64,000 nt of DNA from Bacteroidota bacterium (GCA_947468275.1 CANIKO010000010.1:13114-77113); one strand, 5' to 3'. Positions 50,222-60,145 are shown, counted from the stretch's first letter. The notes: generated by a model from the letters alone, not told the origin. Translations and numbers: made by a program.

Positions 50222-50668
50222 ATGAAAAAATTTATCTTACTCCTTACTTTAATCGGCTTTGGTTTTAGTAATAGAATAGAGGCACAGTGTATTAATTATA
50301 ATTGGACAAATAATTCTGGTTGCGATTGGAATATTAAGTTCTACGATAATGCAGGTAATAATATTGCAATATCAAATGCTACTGCTACCGCCAGTAGTGG
50401 AACTCCTACCGTACCTTCTGGAGGAGGATGTTTTGGGTGCAATTCTCTGATGGCTGGAGGGAGGATTGATTTCACAAATAGTTGTGGGTGTACCATTTCT
50501 ATTCCTTTGTTAGCTGGCACTACTGTTACAACCGTGATTGCAGATTGTGCCTTGCAAGGATGCAGTACTATAAGTTGCAGTGGAACTCCAGTTACTTCAA
50601 GCATTGCCGCAATTAGGTCTACTCCGGGATTTCCTTGTGCTAATTTTTATACTATAACCCTTAATTAG
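50222..50668 (+). CDS. Small secreted Cys/Gly/Thr-rich hypothetical protein
   Basis: Signal peptide MKKFILLLTLIGFGFSNRIEAQ; 14 Cys in 126 mature residues. Confidence 0.5.
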   Translation: MKKFILLLTLIGFGFSNRIEAQCINYNWTNNSGCDWNIKFYDNAGNNIAISNATATASSGTPTVPSGGGCFGCNSLMAGGRIDFTNSCGCTISIPLLAGTTVTTVIADCALQGCSTISCSGTPVTSSIAAIRSTPGFPCANFYTITLN

Positions 50669-50729
50669 CGTTTAATAGAAAATCTTGGTTTGTCATTTGA
50701 CAATTACTCTGAATAAATTTATTCAATCT

Positions 50730-53700
50730 ATGCTTCGTTTTATCTGGGCGTTTTTATTAATATTTTTGATACAATTATGCCCTTTCAAATCAACAGCAGA
50801 AATAAATAAAATTTATGGAGATGCATCTTTAACCTATTTTAAATCTAATGCTGGACAGTGGGATAAAGATGTTCATTACAGGCTTATCAGTAATGGATAT
50901 GCAATTAGTTTTTTTAACAATAAAGTATCTTTTGCTATAAGCCGACAATCTGATGATAAGATACAAAATACTTTTAAAGAAAAATTAAAACTACCAGAAC
51001 TAGATTATTTAGTTTGGGAAATTGTCTTTGAAGGTTCTGAACACTGCATTCCAATTGGAGAAGGAAATATCCCTTCTATTTATCGTTTTTTTGGTAACGG
51101 TTCCTGTAATGGTAAAACTATAGATTTATTTAAAAAAATAGTTTACAAAAATATTTATCCTCAAACCGACCTCGTATTTTATGTTGATTCCAAAAAGCAA
51201 ATTAAATATGATTTTATTCTTCATCCTGGAGGCGATATTTCTAAAATTAAAATGAAATATAATGGAATTGAGGGCTTGAAATTAAATGAACACAACGATT
51301 TGAATATTAAAACGGTATGGGGTGATTTTAAAGAAAACACGCCTTTTTCTTTTCAACAAATTAATGGGCAAGAAATGATTGTAGATGTTAAATATTTTTT
51401 GGCCAATAATAATACATTAACTTTTGAATCTATTAAGGATTTGGATAGAACAAAAACTTTAATTATTGACCCTGTTCTATTAGACTGGAGTACCTATTTT
51501 TATGGAAATTCACGATTTAATATAGATAATTCAAATCAAATTGTACAATATGTTGGTGGGGTAGATATTGACTCTAAAGGGTACACGTATGTTGCAGGAA
51601 CAACCAATCAAGATTTTCCAAAAATACCAGGGTTACACAACTCAAAACCAGGTAATTTTCCTTCAAGTAAGACGGATGCTTATTATTGTAAAATATCTCC
51701 AAAAGGCGATTCGTTTTTGTTTTTTAATTATTTGGGAGGAGCTAATAATGATATGGTTAATACGCTTCATATTAATTCAAAAGAAGAAGCTGTAATAACA
51801 GGTTATGGAGGACCTGGATTCCCATTCACTAAAGGAGCTTTGGATACTAATTACGGAGGTTTTGTAACAACATTTAATAGCACAGGCGATTCCATAAGAT
51901 TTTCAACATTCTTTCATCCATTTTCGGGAAATAATGCAATTATTACAGAATCGGGCGAAGTAATTATTGCAGGGGCGTGTTCAGGAGGAATGTTAGTTAC
52001 TTCGGGTGCTTATCAAAATAAATATCAAGGAGGATCAGTTGATGGTTTTGTTGCAAAAATAAAGTCAGATGGTAAAAGTCTATCTTTTTCAACCTATATC
52101 GGTGGAGATGATATGGAAGAAATTTATGGTATTAGTATTAATTCAAAAGAAGATATTTATTTAGTAGGTTACACACGCTCAAACAATTTCCCAATAAATA
52201 CATCTAATAATTCTTTTAAATACTTAAAAGGTGGTGCAGATGGATTTTTACTAAAATTGGATAATAGCGGCTCAAAAGTTCTTTTTAGCGATGTTATTGG
52301 GGGTAGCTATGATGATTTTTTGCAAAGTATTTTTATAAATCCCAAAGAAGAAATATTTGTTTCAGGTTTTACCAATTCTAATAATTTTCCAGTAAGTGTT
52401 TATCCTATTGCACATCAAGCTTCAAACGCAGGTAAATATGATCTTGTTGCAATGAAGTTTTTACCCAATGGTTCTAACTACAAGTATTCAACCTACATTG
52501 GAGGAAGTGATAATGAATATTGTAATAATTGGATTAATGGCATGATTACCCAAATAGCAGTAAATGCAAAGGATGAAGCGATAATTATGGGGGTTAGCCA
52601 ATCTAACGATTTTCCGGTGACAAGTGATGCGCTTCAAAAAACGAATAAGGCAAAAGCGAAAATACAAGAACCGCTTAATTTAACATTAACAAAGTTATCC
52701 TTTGGAGGTGATAAATTGATTTATAGTACTTATTTTGGAGGAGGTTATTCCGATAATTTATTATCTGGACGAATTAAACGATTTAATTGTGTCACAAATA
52801 TTGTAATCGCAGGAGCCACAATGTCACGCGATTTCCCTACAACTACTGGAAGTATATACCCAAATGCACCAAAGGATACTTTATTTGGCAATGGAAAACA
52901 TTTCACATACGCTTATGTGAGTTTCATTTCCAAATTTTCAGATACACTAAAAGTTGAGAAACCAAGTTTTGGCAATAGAACTAAAACTCGGTGCAATGAT
53001 TTTTTAGAGATATTGGACGGATTAAATCAGGGAAGTTATAGGCGGTGGAGCACGGGTGACAGCAGCCAGTTTCTTTTGGTAAATAAAGCGGGCACCTACT
53101 GGGTAGCAACCACCTATGGCTGCGATACAATTCGCGACAGCATTACCATTATTAACCCAATTAATAAAGCTAATTTTACGATTTTGGATACGGCCCAATG
53201 CCTAGCCGGAAATAGTTTTACATTTAAAGAAACTACACAATTTAAAAATACAAAGCATAAAGAAAGTAGTTGGTATTTTGATGATAGCACCAGTATAATG
53301 GATACTATTGCCAAAAAATCATTTACCACACCCGGCATTCATTTTATAAAACTAGTATCTCAAAGTACCGCTGATTGCATGGATTCCATCACCACAACAG
53401 TTCATGTGTACCCCAATACACAACCCAATTTTGTTATTAACGATACATCTCAATGTTTAAAAAATCAAAACTTTAATTACACGAACACCTCTACCGACAC
53501 CGGCAAAATAAGCTACCAATGGGATTTGGGCGACCAAACCTTTAGCAACCAAAAAAATATTTCAGCTAAAACCTATCTAAAAGACAGCAGCTATGTTATT
53601 AAACTTATAAGCACCACCGACAAAAATTGTGAGGATACAGCTACCAAAATAATCTCGATAAAACCAAGCCCCGTGGCTGATTTTAAATGGGATATAGCCT

Positions 53701-54644
53701 GTAGCCGAACCGTCACAAATTTTAAATACACCGGTTCAAAACCTATTCAATCATTTCACTGGAATTTTAACAACGAAGCCACTTCCACCCTCGAAAATCC
53801 CTCCCATAAATTTGCCGCCGCAGGAACCTCAATCTCAACCTTAACCTTAACCTCAAGCAACGGATGCTCTGATACGCTTAAAAAATCCATTGACATAAAA
53901 CCCCAATCGCAAGCCGATTTTACGACCCAAGATGTGTGTGAAAACACCACCACAGATTTTGTAAATACATCCAAAGATGCCACAAGCTATAATTGGAAAT
54001 TTGGAGATGGAAATACCTCCAATCTTCAATCCCCCAAACACCAATATCAAATCAGCGGAAAATCTACTACCTTTAATGTTACCTTGGTAGCCATAGTAGC
54101 CAATGGTTGTTCCGATTCCATAAGCAAAGCCACCACAGTAAATGCCAATCCAAGCGCAGATTTTAGCTATACCACCGGCGGCAAGCAAGTAAATTTTACA
54201 GCTACCGAAACCGCAGCTACCCTATACCAATGGACTTTTGGCGATGGAGGAACCGTCAATACCGCAACCCCAAAAACCACTTACAACTACACCAAATTTC
54301 CTTCAGGCAAATACACCGCTTGCCTCAAAGTTATCAATGCCGCCAACTGTTTTTCAGAATCGTGCAAGGAAATTGTTATTACAGGTGGCATTGCAAACCT
54401 CTCAGAAAAAAGCTTTAAAATTTACCCCAATCCCAACAATGGAAGTTTTACCATTGAAATTGAAAATCCTGAAAACGATGGAATAATTAGTATTTACAAT
54501 ACGATAGGGATGCAAATTAAAACTATAGAAACCAATTCATCCCAAAGCCAATATTTAATAAAATTAGATTTTAACTCAGGATTATATTCCGTAAAAATAG
54601 AAAGTGCCGGAAAGGTATTTTATTCTAAATTTATAAAGCTTTAG
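50730..54644 (+). CDS. Large secreted protein with SBBP-like beta-propeller repeats, multiple PKD-like domains and T9SS type A C-terminal sorting domain
   Basis: Likely start MLRFIWAFLL at 50730; repeated ...FTxxxxCxxxxFxFxNTS...WxFGDG... PKD signatures; CTD KIYPNPNNGSFTIEI...GLYSVKIESAGKVFYSKFIKL. Confidence 0.75.
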   Translation: MLRFIWAFLLIFLIQLCPFKSTAEINKIYGDASLTYFKSNAGQWDKDVHYRLISNGYAISFFNNKVSFAISRQSDDKIQNTFKEKLKLPELDYLVWEIVFEGSEHCIPIGEGNIPSIYRFFGNGSCNGKTIDLFKKIVYKNIYPQTDLVFYVDSKKQIKYDFILHPGGDISKIKMKYNGIEGLKLNEHNDLNIKTVWGDFKENTPFSFQQINGQEMIVDVKYFLANNNTLTFESIKDLDRTKTLIIDPVLLDWSTYFYGNSRFNIDNSNQIVQYVGGVDIDSKGYTYVAGTTNQDFPKIPGLHNSKPGNFPSSKTDAYYCKISPKGDSFLFFNYLGGANNDMVNTLHINSKEEAVITGYGGPGFPFTKGALDTNYGGFVTTFNSTGDSIRFSTFFHPFSGNNAIITESGEVIIAGACSGGMLVTSGAYQNKYQGGSVDGFVAKIKSDGKSLSFSTYIGGDDMEEIYGISINSKEDIYLVGYTRSNNFPINTSNNSFKYLKGGADGFLLKLDNSGSKVLFSDVIGGSYDDFLQSIFINPKEEIFVSGFTNSNNFPVSVYPIAHQASNAGKYDLVAMKFLPNGSNYKYSTYIGGSDNEYCNNWINGMITQIAVNAKDEAIIMGVSQSNDFPVTSDALQKTNKAKAKIQEPLNLTLTKLSFGGDKLIYSTYFGGGYSDNLLSGRIKRFNCVTNIVIAGATMSRDFPTTTGSIYPNAPKDTLFGNGKHFTYAYVSFISKFSDTLKVEKPSFGNRTKTRCNDFLEILDGLNQGSYRRWSTGDSSQFLLVNKAGTYWVATTYGCDTIRDSITIINPINKANFTILDTAQCLAGNSFTFKETTQFKNTKHKESSWYFDDSTSIMDTIAKKSFTTPGIHFIKLVSQSTADCMDSITTTVHVYPNTQPNFVINDTSQCLKNQNFNYTNTSTDTGKISYQWDLGDQTFSNQKNISAKTYLKDSSYVIKLISTTDKNCEDTATKIISIKPSPVADFKWDIACSRTVTNFKYTGSKPIQSFHWNFNNEATSTLENPSHKFAAAGTSISTLTLTSSNGCSDTLKKSIDIKPQSQADFTTQDVCENTTTDFVNTSKDATSYNWKFGDGNTSNLQSPKHQYQISGKSTTFNVTLVAIVANGCSDSISKATTVNANPSADFSYTTGGKQVNFTATETAATLYQWTFGDGGTVNTATPKTTYNYTKFPSGKYTACLKVINAANCFSESCKEIVITGGIANLSEKSFKIYPNPNNGSFTIEIENPENDGIISIYNTIGMQIKTIETNSSQSQYLIKLDFNSGLYSVKIESAGKVFYSKFIKL

Positions 54645-54674
54645 TACCAAATAGCGTTTGAAATTTATATAAAA

Positions 54675-54697
54675 AGCCCCGTTTTGGGGCTTTTTTG
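54675..54697 (+). terminator. Rho-independent terminator
   Basis: agccccgttttggggct + T6. Confidence 0.65.
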
Positions 54698-54874
54698 TTG
54701 GATGTATAATTTCATTAGTATTGATCTCTTAAACAACAATGTTTTGCAGATTTGCTGGGATCAAGTTGAGTGGTTACTAGACTTAACAACTTCAATTCTT
54801 TATATATGACTTAAATCATATTTTTATAATAATTATTTTCATCTATTTGTTAAGAATTTAAACAAATTATCTAT

Positions 54875-55450
54875 ATGAAAACAACAAACAAAAGTTACGC
54901 AAAAGGATTAATTGCATGTGCCTTATTAATTTTCTCATTTCAACTTTCTTTCGCCCAATGGTCAACTTCAGGTAATTCATTGAGTACTGGAAATTTTTTG
55001 GGTTCTACAAATGCGACCGATTTAGTATTTAAAACTAACAATACAACACGGATGATCATTAAATCAGATGGAAATGTGGGGATTGGTACAACTAACACCA
55101 GCGGTTTTCTCCTTTCTGTAGATGGTAAAATCCGTGCAAGAGAGGTGAGAATAAATATGGACACATGGGCTGATTATGTATTTGCTGATACTTATAAGCC
55201 GATGAATCTTACCGAACTTGAATTATTTATTAAAAAAAATAAGCACTTGCCTGGTATTCCGTGTGAGCAAGAAGTAATTACTTCTGGAATTTCAATTAAT
55301 GAAATAACGTTATCTTTAATTCAAAAAATAGAGGAAATAACACTTTATACTATTGAAATAAATAAAAAAATGGCTGATTTACAATTGTTGGTGGCTAAAC
55401 AGCAAGCAGAGTTAGAATTATTGAAAAATCCACAACCTGTTAAACCTTAA
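54875..55450 (+). CDS. Secreted Bacteroidetes-specific small protein (N-terminal Gly/Thr/Asn-rich repeat region, conserved WADYVF...KKNKHLPGIP core, C-terminal coiled coil)
   Basis: Signal peptide; motif DTWADYVFADTYKPMNLTELELFIKKNKHLPGIPCEQEV recalled as a recurrent uncharacterised Flavobacteriia family. Confidence 0.5.
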   Translation: MKTTNKSYAKGLIACALLIFSFQLSFAQWSTSGNSLSTGNFLGSTNATDLVFKTNNTTRMIIKSDGNVGIGTTNTSGFLLSVDGKIRAREVRINMDTWADYVFADTYKPMNLTELELFIKKNKHLPGIPCEQEVITSGISINEITLSLIQKIEEITLYTIEINKKMADLQLLVAKQQAELELLKNPQPVKP

Positions 55451-55462
55451 CTCTCAATAGTT

Positions 55463-58400
55463 ATGAAAAAAAGGTGTCTTTTTTTATTTGTTTTTGGGAT
55501 AAGTATGTTAATTGCAAATTTAACGTATGCTCAACCCAGATATGTAACTCCACAAGAAGGTTTTCGAGAACTTTTTTTGCCACTTACACGAGGGATTCCT
55601 AGTGCCCCTATTCTGTATGAAATGAACTTACATGAACTGGAAGATACTTTTTATAGGGCTATATGCCATAAATCAATTGATGCTGATGGGTGGATTACCT
55701 TAATGAATACGCTTTGGTGGTGTGCTTATGATACCCTTGATGTGCCCGATATGTCAGTAATGGAAGATACAGTTGAAAAAATTATTAAGGCCGACCCTTT
55801 AATGGTACCTATTGGCATAGCGGCATACGATTATCATAGATATAATGAAAATGTTTTTAATGTAAACGGAGAGTACTTTGATTGGACGGATAGTACAATT
55901 GTAGATCATGCTGGACGCATAGAGCCATTTGATGTAAATCCATTTGACCTGTCGAGAGGTATTCTGCAAGACTTATTTAGTGCATCCCCCCTTGTTACAT
56001 CTCATCCTTATAAAAAAGTTAAATACAGGCTTGATCCTTATTTTTTTAATTTTGGATTATCTACTTTAGTAGGCTTACCTACTACTTTTACTTGGAAAAT
56101 TGACTTTGGTGATGGTAATGGATTTATAACTTTTGATCCATCATCTTTAATTATTCAAGAAGTTAATTATACTAGTGGGGGAATAAAAACATTAACGGTT
56201 CAGGTTGAAAAAGATGCTGTTCCTATAGCCATTTCAGTTTCCGAAATCTACATTGAAGGGTTTGATAAATTAGTGCCAAATGAGAATATTAAAGTAGGTA
56301 ATGTAAATGCCGACCTTTTTACAGCTTGCAATTCATCGGGGAAACTGGTAATGGTTGTTACGGGATTTGACCCTTTGGGAACAAATACAAATGAAAAGAC
56401 TGCAAATAATTTAATTATAAATTCAAAAATAAATATGCTATTAAATTATGGTTATGATATAGCTGTTGTTGAATTTACAGAACCACACACCGGGATATTA
56501 GCTTTGGCCGATGAACTAATTGAATTTATTGAACATATGAAATGCCGTTATGATAATGACCACCCATTTGTTATTTTTAGTTCAAGTTTAGGTGGCCCCG
56601 TGACACGGGTAGCCCTTACAAAAATGGAAAAAACTGATTATATGACTGCTGCATTTGCTAATGCATCCATATGCAATCCTTTACGTATGCATAATACACG
56701 TCTTTGGATAAGCCTAGATGGTGAAATGGATGGGGCAAATGTTCCTATTGGACTGCAAGAATCAATAAAAGGAAGTGTGGAGGTAGCTAATTTTATTGAA
56801 GGATTAGGGAAAATAAAAACAGGTATGGGTGTAATGCTTCGGCAGGTTAAAAGAATAAAAATGCAAGAAAAATTTGATAAGGCGATAGCAAACCAAACCG
56901 CTCGTGAATTATTTAGTGTTCATGTGGATACTAAAAACGGCATGAATGAATATACTCACGACCCTGAATTTGACACAACATGGGCAGAGATAAGAGCACT
57001 CAACCCTGCCACAAATGGGTATCCTAAGTATTGTAAAAAAGTTGCATTATCTAACGGTTTATTTGACGGAAAAAGACAGGTAGCAATTGGTGATAGAGTA
57101 GCGCAAGGTGGTGATACTATGAATTTTTTAAGCATGAATACAAAATTGCGATATCAAAGATTTAACCCGCTATACCTATCGTTTACAACCATGCATTATG
57201 CCTATTATTTGGCTCCCAATTTTGCTACAGACACTGTTTCTCGCATTCATGTATCTGTAAATAAAGTTAATTTCAAGAAACTAATGAAGGCTATCGCTGC
57301 TTCTATTGCTTTAAATTCAACTTCCCCTTTTAATGCTATTTATAATACTCATGTATTTGATAGAACCGCAATAATGAATAACGACAGCCATAAAAGTTGG
57401 GATATTGTAGGTGGAGGCCGCGAGGGGCATTGGGTTTCAGAATTAAAAAGTGTTCCACCAGGTTTTAACATTAATCCAATAACCTTAAGACCATTTAAAA
57501 AGTTTCCGGGTTTAGGCTACACCATTTTTGACATAAATACAAGTCTTGATACTGTAAATGGATTTTTTGCAGCCACAACAGGTTGGCCAATAGAGTATTT
57601 TAACTTAAACAGCCGATGTGTGGCTACCGATTGGACACTTGCTTATACCAAAAACACCTTTGATATGGTAAGAACGGGTTTTGATACCGATATGGAAAGC
57701 GAAGGAATAGACAGCAACTTAGCCCGAACCCCTTTTGATGTAATAATAGCCGGAGTTACCAATGCTAATTACCCCAAAACATGGAGCAGCACGGGTGGCC
57801 GCCCCTATTGGCACAGAAGTGTGAGAACAACAGAAGCTGATAATGGAGCAGGTGATAATCTTACAATGATTGTTAGGGAAATTGGCGATAAGTATCATTA
57901 TTTAGATAACAGAATAGTAAACCGCACGGAGATGTACAGATGCCATGATAGTATTGTTGCTGGAAGTTCTTCAAATCCAAAATATTATTATGCGCTTGGA
58001 AGTCCAGCCGGAAAATATCCTGCATTGCAATCAAAAACAAATCAATTCAATGTAGTTGATAGTGGCTTTTTACATTTAATAAGTACCCGCGAAATAATAT
58101 TACGGCCTGGTTTTAATGTACTTGATAGTGGCGAAATGATAGCCGAAATAGACTCGGTTCCGGTTTGCAATTTAACCTATGAAGAGATAACAGAAATAAT
58201 GCAAACGGAATTTGGTGCCTCCCCTTTAAAATTAGATGCCCTACCCAATGATGAACTGAAAAAAAGGGAAGGATTTAAATTATATCCCAATCCGGCAGGT
58301 AAAGTGGTGAATCTAATTGGAAGCTCAGTCAATTTTGAAGCAACGTTTATTGATTCACATGGAAAGAATATCAACAAATATCGAGGATGGAAATCAATAG

Positions 58401-58492
58401 AAATAAATCTTGAAAATTTACCACAAGGAGTTTATTATTTTAATATTACCTTTGATAATCAAGAGCAACATCTTAAATTTATTAAATTATGA
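55463..58492 (+). CDS. Secreted putative alpha/beta-hydrolase (lipase/esterase-like SxSxG) with T9SS type A C-terminal sorting domain
   Basis: Signal peptide; HPFVIFSSSLGGPVTRVAL nucleophile-elbow-like motif; CTD FKLYPNPAGKVVNLIGSSVNFEA...GVYYFNITFDNQEQHLKFIKL. Confidence 0.6.
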   Translation: MKKRCLFLFVFGISMLIANLTYAQPRYVTPQEGFRELFLPLTRGIPSAPILYEMNLHELEDTFYRAICHKSIDADGWITLMNTLWWCAYDTLDVPDMSVMEDTVEKIIKADPLMVPIGIAAYDYHRYNENVFNVNGEYFDWTDSTIVDHAGRIEPFDVNPFDLSRGILQDLFSASPLVTSHPYKKVKYRLDPYFFNFGLSTLVGLPTTFTWKIDFGDGNGFITFDPSSLIIQEVNYTSGGIKTLTVQVEKDAVPIAISVSEIYIEGFDKLVPNENIKVGNVNADLFTACNSSGKLVMVVTGFDPLGTNTNEKTANNLIINSKINMLLNYGYDIAVVEFTEPHTGILALADELIEFIEHMKCRYDNDHPFVIFSSSLGGPVTRVALTKMEKTDYMTAAFANASICNPLRMHNTRLWISLDGEMDGANVPIGLQESIKGSVEVANFIEGLGKIKTGMGVMLRQVKRIKMQEKFDKAIANQTARELFSVHVDTKNGMNEYTHDPEFDTTWAEIRALNPATNGYPKYCKKVALSNGLFDGKRQVAIGDRVAQGGDTMNFLSMNTKLRYQRFNPLYLSFTTMHYAYYLAPNFATDTVSRIHVSVNKVNFKKLMKAIAASIALNSTSPFNAIYNTHVFDRTAIMNNDSHKSWDIVGGGREGHWVSELKSVPPGFNINPITLRPFKKFPGLGYTIFDINTSLDTVNGFFAATTGWPIEYFNLNSRCVATDWTLAYTKNTFDMVRTGFDTDMESEGIDSNLARTPFDVIIAGVTNANYPKTWSSTGGRPYWHRSVRTTEADNGAGDNLTMIVREIGDKYHYLDNRIVNRTEMYRCHDSIVAGSSSNPKYYYALGSPAGKYPALQSKTNQFNVVDSGFLHLISTREIILRPGFNVLDSGEMIAEIDSVPVCNLTYEEITEIMQTEFGASPLKLDALPNDELKKREGFKLYPNPAGKVVNLIGSSVNFEATFIDSHGKNINKYRGWKSIEINLENLPQGVYYFNITFDNQEQHLKFIKL

Positions 58493-59148
58493 GACCACTA
58501 CTTTATGGTTTAACACTATCATTAGTTGTATTAACAAATTGCAAGCCTCAAGAGGATAGCACCCCGCAATTTACTTTTAAAGGCCAAATACTTAATGCTA
58601 CAACCAACGAAGTTCCTGTAGGACTTTCGGTTACTCTTCAAGCCACATCATCTCCTGATTTGTTCACAAAATTTAAAAAAGAAATACTGGGAACCGCCAT
58701 TACTGATAGTATGGGGAGGTTTTCTATTACTTATAAGAAAACTAGTTTACCCATTTTAACACTATTATCTCAATTTCTTACTTATAATGATCTTCCAATA
58801 AATAAAAATGTGGATACTATTTTCTATAGAAGTACAAAAGGTACAATTTCTTTTATTTTAACAGCAATTAACCCATTAAAAATTGAAGACACTTTATATT
58901 TAGCTATTCCAGCATTAGATATTGGAAAAGATGTAACCTTAGAAAAAATTTCAGGGCCATTTCCTCAAAAAAAGATTATTCAATATCGAACTCTCACGGA
59001 TAGGGGTAGTTTACAATATTTCTGGGCAATAGGATATACTCAATGGGATAGTGTAATGAGGTTTTCACATCTTTATTCCAAGAATAAATTAATTTACAAT
59101 ATGCGCGGAGACCCATATATAGATACAATAAAGATAAAATATAGGTAG
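58489..59148 (+). CDS. Lipoprotein, copy 1 (candidate cognate immunity/partner protein of upstream T9SS cargo)
   Basis: ATGA overlap with upstream stop; lipobox LVVLTNC; 219 aa; paralog at 59339-59998. Confidence 0.55.
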   Translation: MRPLLYGLTLSLVVLTNCKPQEDSTPQFTFKGQILNATTNEVPVGLSVTLQATSSPDLFTKFKKEILGTAITDSMGRFSITYKKTSLPILTLLSQFLTYNDLPINKNVDTIFYRSTKGTISFILTAINPLKIEDTLYLAIPALDIGKDVTLEKISGPFPQKKIIQYRTLTDRGSLQYFWAIGYTQWDSVMRFSHLYSKNKLIYNMRGDPYIDTIKIKYR

Positions 59149-59153
59149 CCAAG

Positions 59154-59342
59154 ATGGTCAATATTACTGGAAGCTCAGTCAATTTTGAAGCAACGCTTAT
59201 TGATTCACGTGGAAAGTATATTAACAAATATCGAGGATGGAAATCGATAGAAATAAATTTAGACTGCTTACCTCAGGGTATTTATTATTTTTCCATTACC
59301 TTTGATAATCAAGAGCAACATCTTAAATTTATTAAATTATGA
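59154..59342 (+). pseudogene. Orphan duplicated fragment of T9SS CTD 3' end (last 62 codons of 55463-58492 gene)
   Basis: MVNITGSSVNFEATLIDSRGKYINKYRGWKSIEINLDCLPQGIYYFSITFDNQEQHLKFIKL vs upstream ...VNLIGSSVNFEATFIDSHGKNINKYRGWKSIEINLENLPQGVYYFNITFDNQEQHLKFIKL. Confidence 0.7.
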
Positions 59343-59998
59343 GACTACTAATTTATTGCCTTGTTTTTTCGGTTTTATTTATCTGTAATTGCAAGTCAGA
59401 TGACGAGAGTGTTCCTGAATTTACTTTTAAAGGTCAGTACATTGATGTAATAAATAATAAAGTTCCTGTGGGGCTTGCAGTTACTCTGCAAGCCACCTCA
59501 TCTCCTGATTTGTTCACAAAATTCAAAAAGGAAATACTAGGAACTGCCATTACTGATAGCATGGGTAGATTCTCAATAACTTATAAAAAGACTAATTTGC
59601 CAATTTTGACATTAATGTCACAGTATTTTACGCACGAAAATTTACCTATTAATAAGAATATTGATACAGTTTTTTACATTAGTAATTATGGTACTTTAAT
59701 TTTTGTTTTAACAGCAGATATCCCATTAAAAAATCAAGACACTTTATATTTAGGAATTCCACCTTTTAAATTAAATCAAACTGAAAATATAGTTAAGCTT
59801 TCAGGGCCTTTTTCTCCTCAAGAAGTCATTAAATTTCGTCTAATAGTGGAAAATGGGGGTATACAACATTTTTGGGCAATTGGTCGTTCACAATGGGATA
59901 GTGTAACTTATTTTCCACATAAATATCTGGGAAATAAGTTGCAAATAAGTATGAGAGGAGACCCATATGTAGATACGATAAAAATAAAGTATAGATAA
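59339..59998 (+). CDS. Lipoprotein, copy 2 (paralog of 58489-59148)
   Basis: 219 aa; shared core VPVGLAVTLQATSSPDLFTKFKKEILGTAITDSMGRFSITYKKT; ATGA-type overlap with the fragment ORF. Confidence 0.55.
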   Translation: MRLLIYCLVFSVLFICNCKSDDESVPEFTFKGQYIDVINNKVPVGLAVTLQATSSPDLFTKFKKEILGTAITDSMGRFSITYKKTNLPILTLMSQYFTHENLPINKNIDTVFYISNYGTLIFVLTADIPLKNQDTLYLGIPPFKLNQTENIVKLSGPFSPQEVIKFRLIVENGGIQHFWAIGRSQWDSVTYFPHKYLGNKLQISMRGDPYVDTIKIKYR

Positions 59999-60052
59999 TA
60001 TGAGACTACTACTTTATGGTTTAATACTATCATTACAATGTATATAAATAAA

Positions 60053-60084
60053 GGCTGGTAATCAATTGCCAGCCTTTATTTTTT
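60053..60084 (+). terminator. Rho-independent terminator ending the + strand cargo/lipoprotein array
   Basis: ggctggtaat-caat-tgccagcc then T-rich run. Confidence 0.65.
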
Positions 60085-60107
60085 AGATAAAATTCTTAGG
60101 AAGAAAA

Positions 60108-60131
60108 CTCCCCTCTCATAGAGGAGAGGGG
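60108..60131 (-). terminator. Hairpin terminator downstream of moxR
   Basis: ctcccctctc-atag-aggagagggg; T-rich on minus strand transcript. Confidence 0.5.
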
Positions 60132-60145
60132 CCGGGGGTGAGGTC

